49,456 bases of DNA. Source: a virus (lineage: Duplodnaviria > Caudoviricetes). The stretch spans positions 1-49,456 of the IMG/VR virus record IMGVR_UViG_3300036833_000216; one strand, given 5' to 3'. Position 1 is the first letter of the stretch. Each line of letters opens with the position of its first letter. Below the pieces are notes generated by a model. It ran no database searches. It was given only the letters and a program-made list of their open reading frames with translations, and was not told where the DNA came from. Shown piece by piece: positions 1 through 9,801 of this stretch. A program made the position numbers and the translations under genes.

Positions 1-1
1 A

Positions 2-1885
2 TTCAATACCGCGCTGGTCAATCTCACCACCGAATTCGAAAAAGGTCTGCTGCACGATCTCGAGCGCGGCAGCATCTTGAAGCCGCCGGGTGAAGGAGTG
101 CAGCCCGGATTGCAGCCGGGCGTGACCAAGCAAGACTGGACCAAGAAGGGTGGGGTGATCGATCCGAGCTGGGGCTGGCACAATCTATTTGGTCGCGGCG
201 GCGGTGGCGCGACCGCGCCGCAGCACCTTTCTGATAACGCGGATGTGTTGGGCCTCGCGCCGGGCTCGCTCGGCTATGGCGATATCAGCAAAGGCTGGCG
301 GCGCTCGACGAACATCGAAGATCATAGCGACCGCGTCGAGCAACAAACTAAAGAGGTCGACCAGAACACCGAGCAGCTGCACGGTTTGAATCTGCGGATG
401 AAGCGCTGGCTCGACCAGGACAGGGGGTCCGTGCCGATTCGCGCCATGGCCGAAGGTGGCATTGTGCAAGGGCCAACACGTGCGCTGGTTGGCGAGGCCG
501 GGCCGGAAGCGATTGTTTCAAAAGGCGGGACATCGGTCGTCAGCAAACCTACGCAGCTGATGCTCGGGACCGATGGCGCGCAAGCCGTTGTGCCGTTGAC
601 GTCGGCCGGGGCCGATATCGACAAGACCGTCGCGGGCTTTGCTGGTCAGGAGAAATACATCGCGGGGCGCGCACAAGCCGCCGATCTGATCCAAACTCTG
701 GACGGATACCAGAAAGCAAATCCACAGCAGAAAAACCTGCTCCGGAAATATATGCAAACTGGCGGCGAGGGGATGAGCGCGATCGAGGAAGCGTGGTGCG
801 CGCACACGGTCCGTTCGTCATTCCGGCAAGCTGGATTAGGTGAGTCATTAGGCGGGACATCTGCCGCCGCGTCATCGTTCAACACGTGGCAGCGTGGCGT
901 CGACCCGACCCAAGCGCAGCGTGGGGATGTGGTCACGCTTCCCGGTATAGCGCCCTTTGGGGTGGGTGGACGCGGCCGCACCGGTCACGTCGGCATCGTC
1001 ACCGGGCCGTATGATCCAAACACCGGCTCGCTCCCGTATGAATCTGGGAACACTGGGACAAGCCCGGGCATGGTCAAGCAAGCCAATCTGCCTGTTGGCG
1101 GCACAGGTTCTAATCGTGTGCTGAGTGTTCGTCGGGCCGAGCCGCGAATTCAATTGCACGCTCCGACACAGGTGGCGGCGATGGCCAGCGGGGGCATCGT
1201 CGTGCCGATGGGCGCGCCGCCGCCGGGACTCGGCGGACCAACAACATCAGCAGCAGGTTTTTCCGGCGACAGCGTTACTGCGGCGGGACATGCGGCCTAT
1301 GCCGCGGCGGCGCCGCACGTGCAAAATGTGATCTCGAATATTCACAGTCTGATTGCCGGGCATCAGCGGGGAATTTCGACCGAGCCTGGGCTTGCCGCAG
1401 CGTTCAGCGGGCAGGGCGGAGATTTGTTGCGGGCTGGGTTGGTTGCAGCAACGACCAAAGAGGAACTGCTCGGCGCAGGTATTCATGGCGTGCTTGAACC
1501 GACACTGACACAGGCGGGAATGTCGAAAGCGGGCGCCGGTCTGACGTCCGACGTCACCGGAATTTTGGGAACGTCCAGTATCGTCGACAAAATGTTGCCC
1601 GCGCTCGCGGCCAGAGGCAAACAAGCTTTTCAGCTTGGTCAGGCTGCCTTGGGCTACGAACACGAAACTGCTGACCGCAAGAGCGTCGATCGTGCCGCGG
1701 GTGGCGGAGGCGGCAGCATCGAAGGCACGATGACGATCGAGCAGCGCACCGAGAACGTCGCCAAGCCGCGACGTGAGCCGCTGTTCCGGCCGACGCATAT
1801 CGATCGCCGCGCGCAGATGACCCCGGCCCAGGGCGGGCCCGGCGCGCAGTCGGCGGAGGCCTCGAGCATCAGTTACGGGTGGTGA
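2..1885 (+). CDS. Tape measure protein, C-terminal part (5' truncated by the window), with CHAP/NlpC-P60-like peptidase domain
   Basis: The frame is open from base 2. It contains the tape-measure C-terminal motif MAEGGIVQGPTRALVGEAGPEAIV and CHAP-like motifs WCAHTV...GDVV...GHVGIV...ESGN, and lies directly upstream of the Mu-like circularisation and baseplate genes. Confidence 0.75.
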   Translation, partial: FNTALVNLTTEFEKGLLHDLERGSILKPPGEGVQPGLQPGVTKQDWTKKGGVIDPSWGWHNLFGRGGGGATAPQHLSDNADVLGLAPGSLGYGDISKGWRRSTNIEDHSDRVEQQTKEVDQNTEQLHGLNLRMKRWLDQDRGSVPIRAMAEGGIVQGPTRALVGEAGPEAIVSKGGTSVVSKPTQLMLGTDGAQAVVPLTSAGADIDKTVAGFAGQEKYIAGRAQAADLIQTLDGYQKANPQQKNLLRKYMQTGGEGMSAIEEAWCAHTVRSSFRQAGLGESLGGTSAAASSFNTWQRGVDPTQAQRGDVVTLPGIAPFGVGGRGRTGHVGIVTGPYDPNTGSLPYESGNTGTSPGMVKQANLPVGGTGSNRVLSVRRAEPRIQLHAPTQVAAMASGGIVVPMGAPPPGLGGPTTSAAGFSGDSVTAAGHAAYAAAAPHVQNVISNIHSLIAGHQRGISTEPGLAAAFSGQGGDLLRAGLVAATTKEELLGAGIHGVLEPTLTQAGMSKAGAGLTSDVTGILGTSSIVDKMLPALAARGKQAFQLGQAALGYEHETADRKSVDRAAGGGGGSIEGTMTIEQRTENVAKPRREPLFRPTHIDRRAQMTPAQGGPGAQSAEASSISYGW

Positions 1886-1889
1886 TGCG

Positions 1890-2465
1890 ATGGCAAGTAT
1901 CTTCGCAATCCGCAACGCGTGGCGGGACAATCTCATTCCGGCGGCGTTTCGCGGCGCCCAGTTCCACTGTGAAGCGCACAGCTTGGAAACCGGCCGCCGC
2001 ATGGTGCAGCATCAATTTCCCAAGCGCGACACCCCGATCGCCGAGGACATGGGGCATCAGGCGATTGTCTGGACCGTGCGCGGCTACGTCATCTGCTATC
2101 CGTTCGACGTTCCGAACTCGAGCCTGTACCGACGCGACTATCGGACCGCGCGCGATGAGCTGTATCGCATGCTCAGCACCGGGCAGTCGGGCGTGCTGCA
2201 GGTGCAGACGCTGCCGCCGTTCAGCGTGTGGTGCCAGCACTTCCGCATGACCGAGGAACAGAAGCTCGGCGGCTATGCGACCTTTGACATGACGTTCATG
2301 GAGGCGGGCACGCAGACCTTCCCGCTCGAGGACACGTCGACCACGCTGATCAACACCTCGCAGGACATGCGCAATCAGATCATGGCGCAGCTCGCAGGCA
2401 ATCAGGGAATCGCGGGCTTCCTCAGCCGCCCGGGCGGCATCAGCTCATTGCGGCCGGGGTCCTGA
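1890..2465 (+). CDS. Mu-like DNA circularisation protein, N-terminal domain (DNA_circ_N)
   Basis: WRDNLIPAAFRGAQF...GRRMVQHQFPKRDTPIAEDMG matches the Mu gpN N-terminal pattern; position after tape measure fits. Confidence 0.85.
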   Translation: MASIFAIRNAWRDNLIPAAFRGAQFHCEAHSLETGRRMVQHQFPKRDTPIAEDMGHQAIVWTVRGYVICYPFDVPNSSLYRRDYRTARDELYRMLSTGQSGVLQVQTLPPFSVWCQHFRMTEEQKLGGYATFDMTFMEAGTQTFPLEDTSTTLINTSQDMRNQIMAQLAGNQGIAGFLSRPGGISSLRPGS

Positions 2466-2466
2466 G

Positions 2467-3135
2467 ATGGACAAGGCCGACGCCGAGGAAGCCGCGGGCA
2501 TCGTCCAACGGATGATGACCCAGCTCATTCGCACCGTGCCGCCGGTCGGCCGGATCGGCTCGGATGCGCGCACCGCCATCAGCGACGTGCGCGCCACCGC
2601 CTATTTGTTGCTGCGCGCTGATGCGATTGGGCCGCCACTCAACAACGCATTTGTGGCGGCGCGGACCGTCGGAGCGACGCAGCCGCAGCTCGAAGCGATC
2701 CGCACAGGCATCGCTGCCGAGACCCCGCGCACGCTCGGCGCGGTGCTGATCCAGAACACTGGCATCGAGTTGTGTCTAGTAACCGAGGCGGAGATCATCG
2801 CCGCCACCGCGTTCGTCAGCCGCCAGGATGTGGACGCGCTGAAAAAGGCGCTGCAGCAACCGTTTCAGGACGCGATCGAAACCGCCGCCGATGACATGGA
2901 TCAGATGACCTATCAGAACCTGACCGCGCTATACGCGGCGGTGACCAATCATCTGGTGACGACGGCGCGGCCGCTGCCACAACTGCTGAACTACCGGTTC
3001 GCGCAGGTGATGACGACGCTCACGATCGCCTATCGGCTCTATGCCGACGCCAGCCGTGCCGATCAGATCCGCACGGAAAATAAAATCGTCCATCCCGCCT
3101 TCGCGCCTCCGACTGGAGTGGCATTATCAGCATGA
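2467..3135 (+). CDS. Mu-like DNA circularisation protein, C-terminal part (LysM-like end)
   Basis: C-terminus RPLPQL...TLTIAYRLYADASRADQIRTENKIVHPAFAP is typical of the gpN C-terminus; ATG lies one base after the upstream TGA. Confidence 0.75.
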   Translation: MDKADAEEAAGIVQRMMTQLIRTVPPVGRIGSDARTAISDVRATAYLLLRADAIGPPLNNAFVAARTVGATQPQLEAIRTGIAAETPRTLGAVLIQNTGIELCLVTEAEIIAATAFVSRQDVDALKKALQQPFQDAIETAADDMDQMTYQNLTALYAAVTNHLVTTARPLPQLLNYRFAQVMTTLTIAYRLYADASRADQIRTENKIVHPAFAPPTGVALSA

Positions 3136-4478
3136 CCCTGACCGATACCCCTCCAATCACCCGACGCCCGGGCGAATTCAATCCGCGCGAGATCGCTGCG
3201 ATTGTCGTCAACGGCATCGAATACACCGATTGGGAAACGGTGTGGGCGCAGGAACGCTGGGCCGAAGCGTTCTCATTCTTTCGCTTCACCACCGCCGAGA
3301 ATCCGCCGCTGCCGGAGGTCTACACCGATCTGCAAATCATTCCCTGTGATCGCTGCACCATCGTGCTGGGCGGGGCGACCGCCATTAGCGGCTGGGTGAC
3401 GCAGCGGCAGGTGGCCTACGACGCCGAGCGGCATCAGGTGCAGATCATCGGCAAGGCCAACACCTTCTGGCCTGCGAAATCGAGCATCAAGCCGGAAGAT
3501 GCCAACATGGACAACATGAACATTGTCCAGATCGCCAACAAGTTGGTGGCGCCGTATGGCGTTAGCGTCGTTCCGATCGGCGATGTGGACACCTCGCCGT
3601 TTCAGCAAAAGCAAGCGCCGCCGGGCGGCAATATCTGGCAGTTCCTGGATGAAGCGGCGCGCATGAAAAAGGTGCTGCTCAGCTCCAATGCGGCGGGCGA
3701 GGTGTTATTGATCGGGCCGCACGGCATGCCGTCGGTGGCGGTGCTGAAAGAAGGCGTCAACATCAAGAAGATGCAATCCAACATTTCGATCGAGGACACA
3801 TTTGCCGACATCATTGCGATTGGCCAAGTCGCCGGTCACGACGAGCAGAACATGTCGGCCGCCAACGATATGCAGGGTCATGCCGCGGGCGGCAGCTGCG
3901 TGGCGTCGACCTTGGTCATTCCGGTCGAGGACCCGGTGCAGACGTCCGCCGAGCTTACCAAGCGCGCGCAATTCGAAGCGCAATGGACGGACGGCGCCAA
4001 GGTGACGTGCAACATCACCGTGCAGGGCTGGTTCAATGAGTTTGGCGATCTGTGGCGCGCTGGTCAGCAGGTGATGGTGATCTCGCCGATGGTGTTCATC
4101 AATCAGACATTGAAACTCAAAACTGTCACCTGGACCCAGGACAGCGAGAGCGGCACCGAGACCTTGCTCGAATGCGTGCAGCCGTGGGCGCTGAACGGCA
4201 AAGGCGGCGTCAACGTCGCCGATCCGGCGCCCGCCAGTGGGCCGGTGACGCAAGTCACGCCGATGGACATGACCGGGCTCGGGCCGTTATCGCCGACGAT
4301 CGGTCTCGGCGGGGCGCAGCCGGGCATCGGCCTGTTGCCGCCGGAATCGGCGTTCCCGACCGCCAGCAGCGTCCGTTCACCGCAAGGGGCGAGGCCGAGC
4401 TGGCGCGACCAACCGGTCAAATTGCCGCCCGAGGCGCTTACGCCCGGCCACGGCTGGCCGATCTTCAAGAGGAGATGA
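3132..4478 (+). CDS. Baseplate hub protein (Mu gp44/gpP-like) with Pro-rich C-terminal extension
   Basis: IVVNGIEYTDWETV...ITVQGW...LWRAGQQVMV...SGTETLL; ATGA overlap with the previous gene; Mu synteny. Confidence 0.85.
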   Translation: MTLTDTPPITRRPGEFNPREIAAIVVNGIEYTDWETVWAQERWAEAFSFFRFTTAENPPLPEVYTDLQIIPCDRCTIVLGGATAISGWVTQRQVAYDAERHQVQIIGKANTFWPAKSSIKPEDANMDNMNIVQIANKLVAPYGVSVVPIGDVDTSPFQQKQAPPGGNIWQFLDEAARMKKVLLSSNAAGEVLLIGPHGMPSVAVLKEGVNIKKMQSNISIEDTFADIIAIGQVAGHDEQNMSAANDMQGHAAGGSCVASTLVIPVEDPVQTSAELTKRAQFEAQWTDGAKVTCNITVQGWFNEFGDLWRAGQQVMVISPMVFINQTLKLKTVTWTQDSESGTETLLECVQPWALNGKGGVNVADPAPASGPVTQVTPMDMTGLGPLSPTIGLGGAQPGIGLLPPESAFPTASSVRSPQGARPSWRDQPVKLPPEALTPGHGWPIFKRR

Positions 4479-4481
4479 AAC

Positions 4482-5315
4482 ATGGTGCATCGTTCAACCC
4501 CGCTCGGCGCCGCGTTCCGTGGCTATGTCGGCGGCGGCTCCCGCTGCAACGTCGACACCATCGATGACTCCAAATTGATGCAGGAGATGAGCGGCACGTT
4601 TATGAACGGCGAGGCGCGCAAAGCGATCGAGGCGGCGCAGAATTACGGTTTCACCTCGCATAACATGCCCGCCGATAAAGACGAGATGGGCAACATCACC
4701 GGCTGCGCCGAAGTGGCGATGAGCTTCATGAGCGGCTCGCGCTCCTATCCGATCGCGGGCAACATGGACGATCGGCGTCACCGCTTGAAAGGGCTCGACC
4801 CCGGCGACACCGCCATGTTCCGCACCAAGAATGATTTCCTGCAGCTGCATTTCTCGCAGAAAGGCGGCTTCATGTCGGCGGCACAAAATCGCACCTTGCG
4901 CTTAGCGCTGGTCAACCAGAATGCGCAGGATCAACAACAACAAGGCGGCCAGGGTGGCAGCGGTGGCGGCTCAAGTCAGGCCGGTGTCGGCACCCGCGAC
5001 AGTGGCGGCGGTGGCGGTGGCGGATCTGGCGGCAGCGGCAGCGGCAGCGGTGGCGGCCAAGGCCAGAACAAGCCGACCGGACAGACGCATCTGCTCGACG
5101 ATAATCAAAGTTCCAAGCGCTTCATCCACATGACCCAGGATGAGACCGCGCACAGCGGCACCAATGTGCGGTCCTATCTCGATGACGGCGTCGGCTATCA
5201 CGAAGTCAACACCGACAAGAACGTCTACACCGGCGCGCTCAAGGGCAAAGGCAAGTTCGCCAAAGTCGTGACCACGAGCGGGCCGTGCAAGAACGTCTGG
5301 GGCTTGCTGGGGTGA
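4482..5315 (+). CDS. Baseplate spike/assembly protein (Mu gp45-like)
   Basis: IEAAQNYGFTS...FMSGSRSYPI...DDRRHRLKGLDPGDTAMF is the gp45 signature; contains an internal Gly/Ser/Gln linker. Confidence 0.85.
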   Translation: MVHRSTPLGAAFRGYVGGGSRCNVDTIDDSKLMQEMSGTFMNGEARKAIEAAQNYGFTSHNMPADKDEMGNITGCAEVAMSFMSGSRSYPIAGNMDDRRHRLKGLDPGDTAMFRTKNDFLQLHFSQKGGFMSAAQNRTLRLALVNQNAQDQQQQGGQGGSGGGSSQAGVGTRDSGGGGGGGSGGSGSGSGGGQGQNKPTGQTHLLDDNQSSKRFIHMTQDETAHSGTNVRSYLDDGVGYHEVNTDKNVYTGALKGKGKFAKVVTTSGPCKNVWGLLG

Positions 5316-5319
5316 GACG

Positions 5320-5868
5320 ATGGTCAGCCAAGTCCCGGATATCCGGCTTGTCCAGAACACGCTGTTCCCGCGCTACTCGGTCACGCTTGACTGGGAGCTG
5401 CTCGAGGACGGCACACTCGACGACACCCAGGCGCTGGCGACCGCGCTCTGTGTCGCGCTCGGCACGAACGGCCTCGCCTCGGTTGACGACTTGCTGCCCG
5501 ATCCCGATTCCAGCGATCGCAAGGGCTGGTGGGGGGATATGGACGCCGAGACCATCTGGAACGGCTGGCCGATCGGCTCGCGGCTGTGGCTGCTACGCCG
5601 CAGCAAAATCGAAGGCCCGAACGCGCAACGCGGCGCCACCATGGCCTGGGTCCAGAACTACATCGTCGAGTGCATTCAACCGTTCGTCGATCATCGCATC
5701 TGCAGCACCTTCCGGGTTGAGGTGGCGAGAACCTCGCCGCAGCAGATCGATGCTCTGATCATCGTCTACCGCGGGCCGCAACCGATCATCGAGCTGCGCT
5801 ATGCCGTCCTTTGGGATGAGCAGGCGCGCTGGTCGCGTGGCGGCGACAGCCCGCCCAACGACAGGTAG
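5320..5868 (+). CDS. Mu gp46-like baseplate protein
   Basis: DRKGWWGD...IGSRLWLLRRSK signature. Confidence 0.9.
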   Translation: MVSQVPDIRLVQNTLFPRYSVTLDWELLEDGTLDDTQALATALCVALGTNGLASVDDLLPDPDSSDRKGWWGDMDAETIWNGWPIGSRLWLLRRSKIEGPNAQRGATMAWVQNYIVECIQPFVDHRICSTFRVEVARTSPQQIDALIIVYRGPQPIIELRYAVLWDEQARWSRGGDSPPNDR

Positions 5869-5931
5869 CCGATCGGCCTAAACGCACCGGTGGCCGCCCT
5901 TTGGCGCCGCGGGCCTATTCCGGAACATCCC

Positions 5932-7005
5932 ATGCCCTGGTCGACTCCCACGCTCCGGACGGTGCGCGGCCTTGTCCGCGATTCCGTCAACGCCGCCCTA
6001 CCCGGCGCCGACGCCACGGTGCCGAATTCGGTGCTGCGGGTGGTATCCGATAGTCAGGGCGCGCTCTGCCACCTCACCCTGCAGTACATCGATTGGCTGG
6101 CGCTGCAGTTGATGCCCGATACCGCGGAGACCGAATGGCTCGACCGCCATGGTCGGATCTGGCTGGTCAACGCCGACGGCTCGGTCGGGCGCAAGCTCGC
6201 CACCCTCTCCGACGGCAGCGTATCGATGACGGCGCTGTCGGTGCCGACCCTGGTGCCGCAGTACACCCCGATCACCAGCACCACCGGCGTCAGCTTCGAG
6301 ACCCTGGCCGACACCATGGTGGCGGTCGAGCCGACCACCGTCGCGGTGCGCGCGCTCGATCCCGGCACGGTCGGCAATCTGGTCACCGGAACCCCGCTCA
6401 CCATCACCGTTCCCGGCATCACCGGGACGGCGACCGTGGTTGAGCTCGATCACGGCACCGACGACGAGACCGACCCGCAACTGCGCTACCGCGTGTTGTT
6501 GCGCATCCAGCAACCGCCGATGGGCGGCGATGCCACGGATTATGAGCAATGGACTTTGGCCGTCGCGGGCGTGACCCGCGCGTGGTGCTTCCCTCAAGAG
6601 ATGGGCATCGGCACGTGCACGGTGCGCTTCATGATGGACGATCTGCGCGCTGGCAACGGCGGCTTTCCATTACCGGGCGATATCGACACGGTGGCCGCCT
6701 ATCTGAACACGGTGCGGCCGGTCACGGTCAAAGATTTGTTTGTCGAATCGCCGATCCCTTATCCGATCAATGTGCATATCACTAATCTTGAGAGTGATAC
6801 GGTGGCGACGCGAGCGGCGATCACCGAGAGTTTGCTTGTTGAATTTCTGCAACGGACGAAGCCCGGTCTATACTGGTACCGCGCTTGGTTAGACGAGGGC
6901 ATCATCAACGCCACGGGCGTCGACTCCTACGATCTCAACGCCAGCGATGTAACAATGCCAAGCCCCGGCTATATGCCGACGCTTGGAGACATAACTTACG
7001 GCTAG
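5932..7005 (+). CDS. Baseplate J / Mu gp47-like protein
   Basis: MPWSTPTL...LMPDTAETEWLDRHG...GTDDETDPQLRYR...PPMGGDATDYEQW...GVTRAW...VRPVT. ATG at 5932 preferred over GTG at 5890. Confidence 0.92.
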   Translation: MPWSTPTLRTVRGLVRDSVNAALPGADATVPNSVLRVVSDSQGALCHLTLQYIDWLALQLMPDTAETEWLDRHGRIWLVNADGSVGRKLATLSDGSVSMTALSVPTLVPQYTPITSTTGVSFETLADTMVAVEPTTVAVRALDPGTVGNLVTGTPLTITVPGITGTATVVELDHGTDDETDPQLRYRVLLRIQQPPMGGDATDYEQWTLAVAGVTRAWCFPQEMGIGTCTVRFMMDDLRAGNGGFPLPGDIDTVAAYLNTVRPVTVKDLFVESPIPYPINVHITNLESDTVATRAAITESLLVEFLQRTKPGLYWYRAWLDEGIINATGVDSYDLNASDVTMPSPGYMPTLGDITYG

Positions 7006-7010
7006 AGCCC

Positions 7011-7763
7011 GTGGCTAATGATCTGGTCATTCCACAGCCGCCCGTTGATCGGCATGTCCGCCGGTCCGGTGATGATTATGCCCAAGCCCTGATCGGCTTG
7101 CTGCCCGACGGGCAAGCATGGCCGCGCTATCCTGGCAGCACGGTCGTGCTGACGATGCAGGGGCTCGCGGACTATTGGGGTTTTGTTGATAGCCGCGCCG
7201 CCGACTTACTGGAGATCGAATCCGACCCTCGGGCGACGATCGAGCTGCTGCCTGATTGGGAGCGCAATTGGGGCCTGCCGGACCCGTGCCTGACCGATCC
7301 GCCAACCGGGATGGCCGAGCGCCGTATCGCGCTCGTCAACAAGATGACGCTGCTCGGCGCGCAGTCGAGGGCGTTCTTCTACGGCGTCGCCGAGGCGTGG
7401 GGTTACACCATCGTCATCGGCGAGCACGCGCCCTACATGTGCGGGGTCTCGCGCTGCGGTGATTATTCAGGGAAGTTCAATCCCGACGACGTGACGCACA
7501 ATCGTTGGGAGCTGGGGCCGCCGGAGATTCGTTATTACTGGACTGTCTACGTCAATGCCAAATCGCTGATCTACTTTCGCTGTAATTCCAGCCAGTGCGG
7601 CATCGATCGTCTGTTGCGCATCGGCGTGCCCGCTGACTTGGAGTGCGTGCTCGGTCGCTGGAAACCAGCGCACACCGAGATCGTCTACAACTTCTCGCCG
7701 TTCGAGGCGCTCGATTTCAGCCAGTCGTTCAATAGCCAGTACATCGTACTAGGGATGGTCTGA
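7011..7763 (+). CDS. Mu gp48 / YmfQ (DUF2313)-like tail protein
   Basis: LLPDGQAWP...ESDPRATIELLPDWERNWGLPDPC...LECVLGRWKPAHT; GTG start just after the gp47 stop. Confidence 0.9.
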   Translation: MANDLVIPQPPVDRHVRRSGDDYAQALIGLLPDGQAWPRYPGSTVVLTMQGLADYWGFVDSRAADLLEIESDPRATIELLPDWERNWGLPDPCLTDPPTGMAERRIALVNKMTLLGAQSRAFFYGVAEAWGYTIVIGEHAPYMCGVSRCGDYSGKFNPDDVTHNRWELGPPEIRYYWTVYVNAKSLIYFRCNSSQCGIDRLLRIGVPADLECVLGRWKPAHTEIVYNFSPFEALDFSQSFNSQYIVLGMV

Positions 7764-7765
7764 CG

Positions 7766-8449
7766 ATGCCCGACAACAGAGAGATCAAGGACGGCCTGGG
7801 CAATTTATTCACGACGCGCATGAAGGATATCTCTTCGGCGCAATCCGGGCTGGTCCAGCGCACTTTGCTCTATGCCACGCTCTATCCGGTCGATTATGGT
7901 GTCGGCGGCATCTATCAACACTGTGTGCGGCCGCCGCAGCTTGGGCCCGGACTGACTTCGGTGCCGATCTATTCATTTCTTTGGGCCAGCCCCACACTGA
8001 TAGCTTTAATTTGGCGGCTGCGGATTTCGGCTTGGTCGACGGTGAATCCGTTCACCGCAGGCATTGCCCGCTTCAGCCTCTATCCAGCGCGTTCGTTCAC
8101 GGGGGCTGATACAGGGGGTCTCACAGTGAATTTTAGCGGCAACCAAAGTAAGTTGTTGACCGCCATGAACTCGTCGGAGGCAGGCATCACGTATGCCAAC
8201 GGCGGCGCGCTGACACCGGGCACGCGCGTTCTTGATGCCGATCCGCTTGAGAGCGTGATCGTCGCCGCGCCGGTCGCCACCAACACGCCGTTTACTCCGA
8301 CGCCCATGATCCTTCTCAATCGCGAGCAAGGTGAACAACCGCTCGTGCTCAATAGTAATGAGGGCTTCGTGGTGCAAGCGACCGTGCCATTCGGCGGCAA
8401 TTGGCAATTCGCACTGACGGCCGACTGGGCCGAAGTTCCAATGTACTGA
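7766..8449 (+). CDS. Hypothetical virion/tail-associated protein (beta-rich)
   Basis: Tightly coupled ORF between gp48 and the tail fibre; no family recognised. Confidence 0.55.
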   Translation: MPDNREIKDGLGNLFTTRMKDISSAQSGLVQRTLLYATLYPVDYGVGGIYQHCVRPPQLGPGLTSVPIYSFLWASPTLIALIWRLRISAWSTVNPFTAGIARFSLYPARSFTGADTGGLTVNFSGNQSKLLTAMNSSEAGITYANGGALTPGTRVLDADPLESVIVAAPVATNTPFTPTPMILLNREQGEQPLVLNSNEGFVVQATVPFGGNWQFALTADWAEVPMY

Positions 8450-8456
8450 GGAAACC

Positions 8457-9791
8457 ATGCAATACAATCAACCGCTCGATCAGAAAACAAATCCCAACGC
8501 GCCCTACGTCGACGGCGACCCGGACGCCGGGATTCAGGGCTCGATCGTGCCTGCTGCTGCGCTTGAATTTGATCAGCGCGAGGTGATCGAGGTCATCTCG
8601 CGCGCCAATTCGCGCGGCTATTCAGATTTCAGCGACACGCCGTGCGCACCTCCGGCCAATGCCGACTTGATGCAATTGCGCAAAGCTATTGAAGGCTTCA
8701 TCAAGAGCATTCCAGTGCCACAGTTCCCGAGTGATTTGATAGACAGTACGGTGACGTTTCATGTGCATGGCACGTCGCCGGATTTTCCCGATCTGTTTGT
8801 TGCAATGGAATATCTCAGCAAATACAAGATCACGCAGCATGGCTTCGTCATTCTTCAGGTGGCCGGAGCGTCGTCCGGCACGGCGACAGTATACAATTAC
8901 ACCAACCAACTATTTTTTTATCACCCGTCTAACCATCGCATCGGCATCTGCGGTGCGCCTATGCTGGCTCCGGTTCCGACGACGCTTGCGTCCTATGCAA
9001 TCACCGGCAACACCGCTCCACAGCGAGCCGCTGATGCAGTAACGAACTTAGCTATGCTGCGAACCAAGTTCGCTACCGAGCTTCACTTCACACTGGGGTG
9101 CGGCCTCGAAATTGACAACATCGGCCTTGGCTTTCTCGATGCGATCTTGGTTAGTGGCGATCACTCAACGGGTCCAACCTCAGATCAGCAACTCATCGCC
9201 GCGTGCGGTACCAGTGATACGACTTACTGGTGGGTGCAAGGACCTACGATTCATCCTCCGCAGGGTGTCAACGGTGGTCTTGCGGCTATAAATGGCAACT
9301 GGGGATTCACCTGCATTGGCGGCGGGGAAACCGCAGCATATTGGTGCGGCGGTCCGCTCGTTGCGTTTGGTAATAATTTGGCTGGACTGGTGGCGAACTC
9401 GCGCTGTGAAGTTTACGTCGGCAATGCGGCTATTATGTTAGGCAACGGCAGCGACGGCATCATCACGACCGCGCAATCTATTAATTATTTTGCCAATTGC
9501 TTATCTGCCTGCAACGCCGGACAAGGTGTTTCTGTCGCTTACAACTCTACTCTCATGTGTTACGGCGGCCAAATCTGGAAAAACGCGGGGGCCGGGATGT
9601 ACGTACTTGATGCGTCATATGCCGCCGCTGTGGCTGATTATGGGGCCGGAGCGAACGTTAACGGGAGTGTGAATGTCTTCGCTTATAACAGCAGCACTAT
9701 TAATCTTGCTGGCTCAGCTAACGTCAATCCAGCATCGCCGGCTATTAACGGCGGACCCGGCAACAATAATTCATATATCTTCCTGCCATGA
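8457..9791 (+). CDS. Tail fibre/tailspike with probable right-handed beta-helix C-terminus
   Basis: N-terminal baseplate-attachment pattern (GSIVPAAALEFDQRE...P.NADLMQLRKAI); C-terminal periodic N-x-x-x-G rungs (GNNLAG, GNGSDG, CNAGQG, KNAGAG); good RBS GAGGA. Confidence 0.7.
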   Translation: MQYNQPLDQKTNPNAPYVDGDPDAGIQGSIVPAAALEFDQREVIEVISRANSRGYSDFSDTPCAPPANADLMQLRKAIEGFIKSIPVPQFPSDLIDSTVTFHVHGTSPDFPDLFVAMEYLSKYKITQHGFVILQVAGASSGTATVYNYTNQLFFYHPSNHRIGICGAPMLAPVPTTLASYAITGNTAPQRAADAVTNLAMLRTKFATELHFTLGCGLEIDNIGLGFLDAILVSGDHSTGPTSDQQLIAACGTSDTTYWWVQGPTIHPPQGVNGGLAAINGNWGFTCIGGGETAAYWCGGPLVAFGNNLAGLVANSRCEVYVGNAAIMLGNGSDGIITTAQSINYFANCLSACNAGQGVSVAYNSTLMCYGGQIWKNAGAGMYVLDASYAAAVADYGAGANVNGSVNVFAYNSSTINLAGSANVNPASPAINGGPGNNNSYIFLP

Positions 9792-9801
9792 GGGGCCGAC
9801 G

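Noticed and set aside
1890-7763. Calling the element a transposable Mu-like phage or a tailocin
   Set aside because: Only the tail module is Mu-like; no transposase or MuB is seen, and helicase, RecT and a terminase-type HNH indicate a non-transposable full phage.
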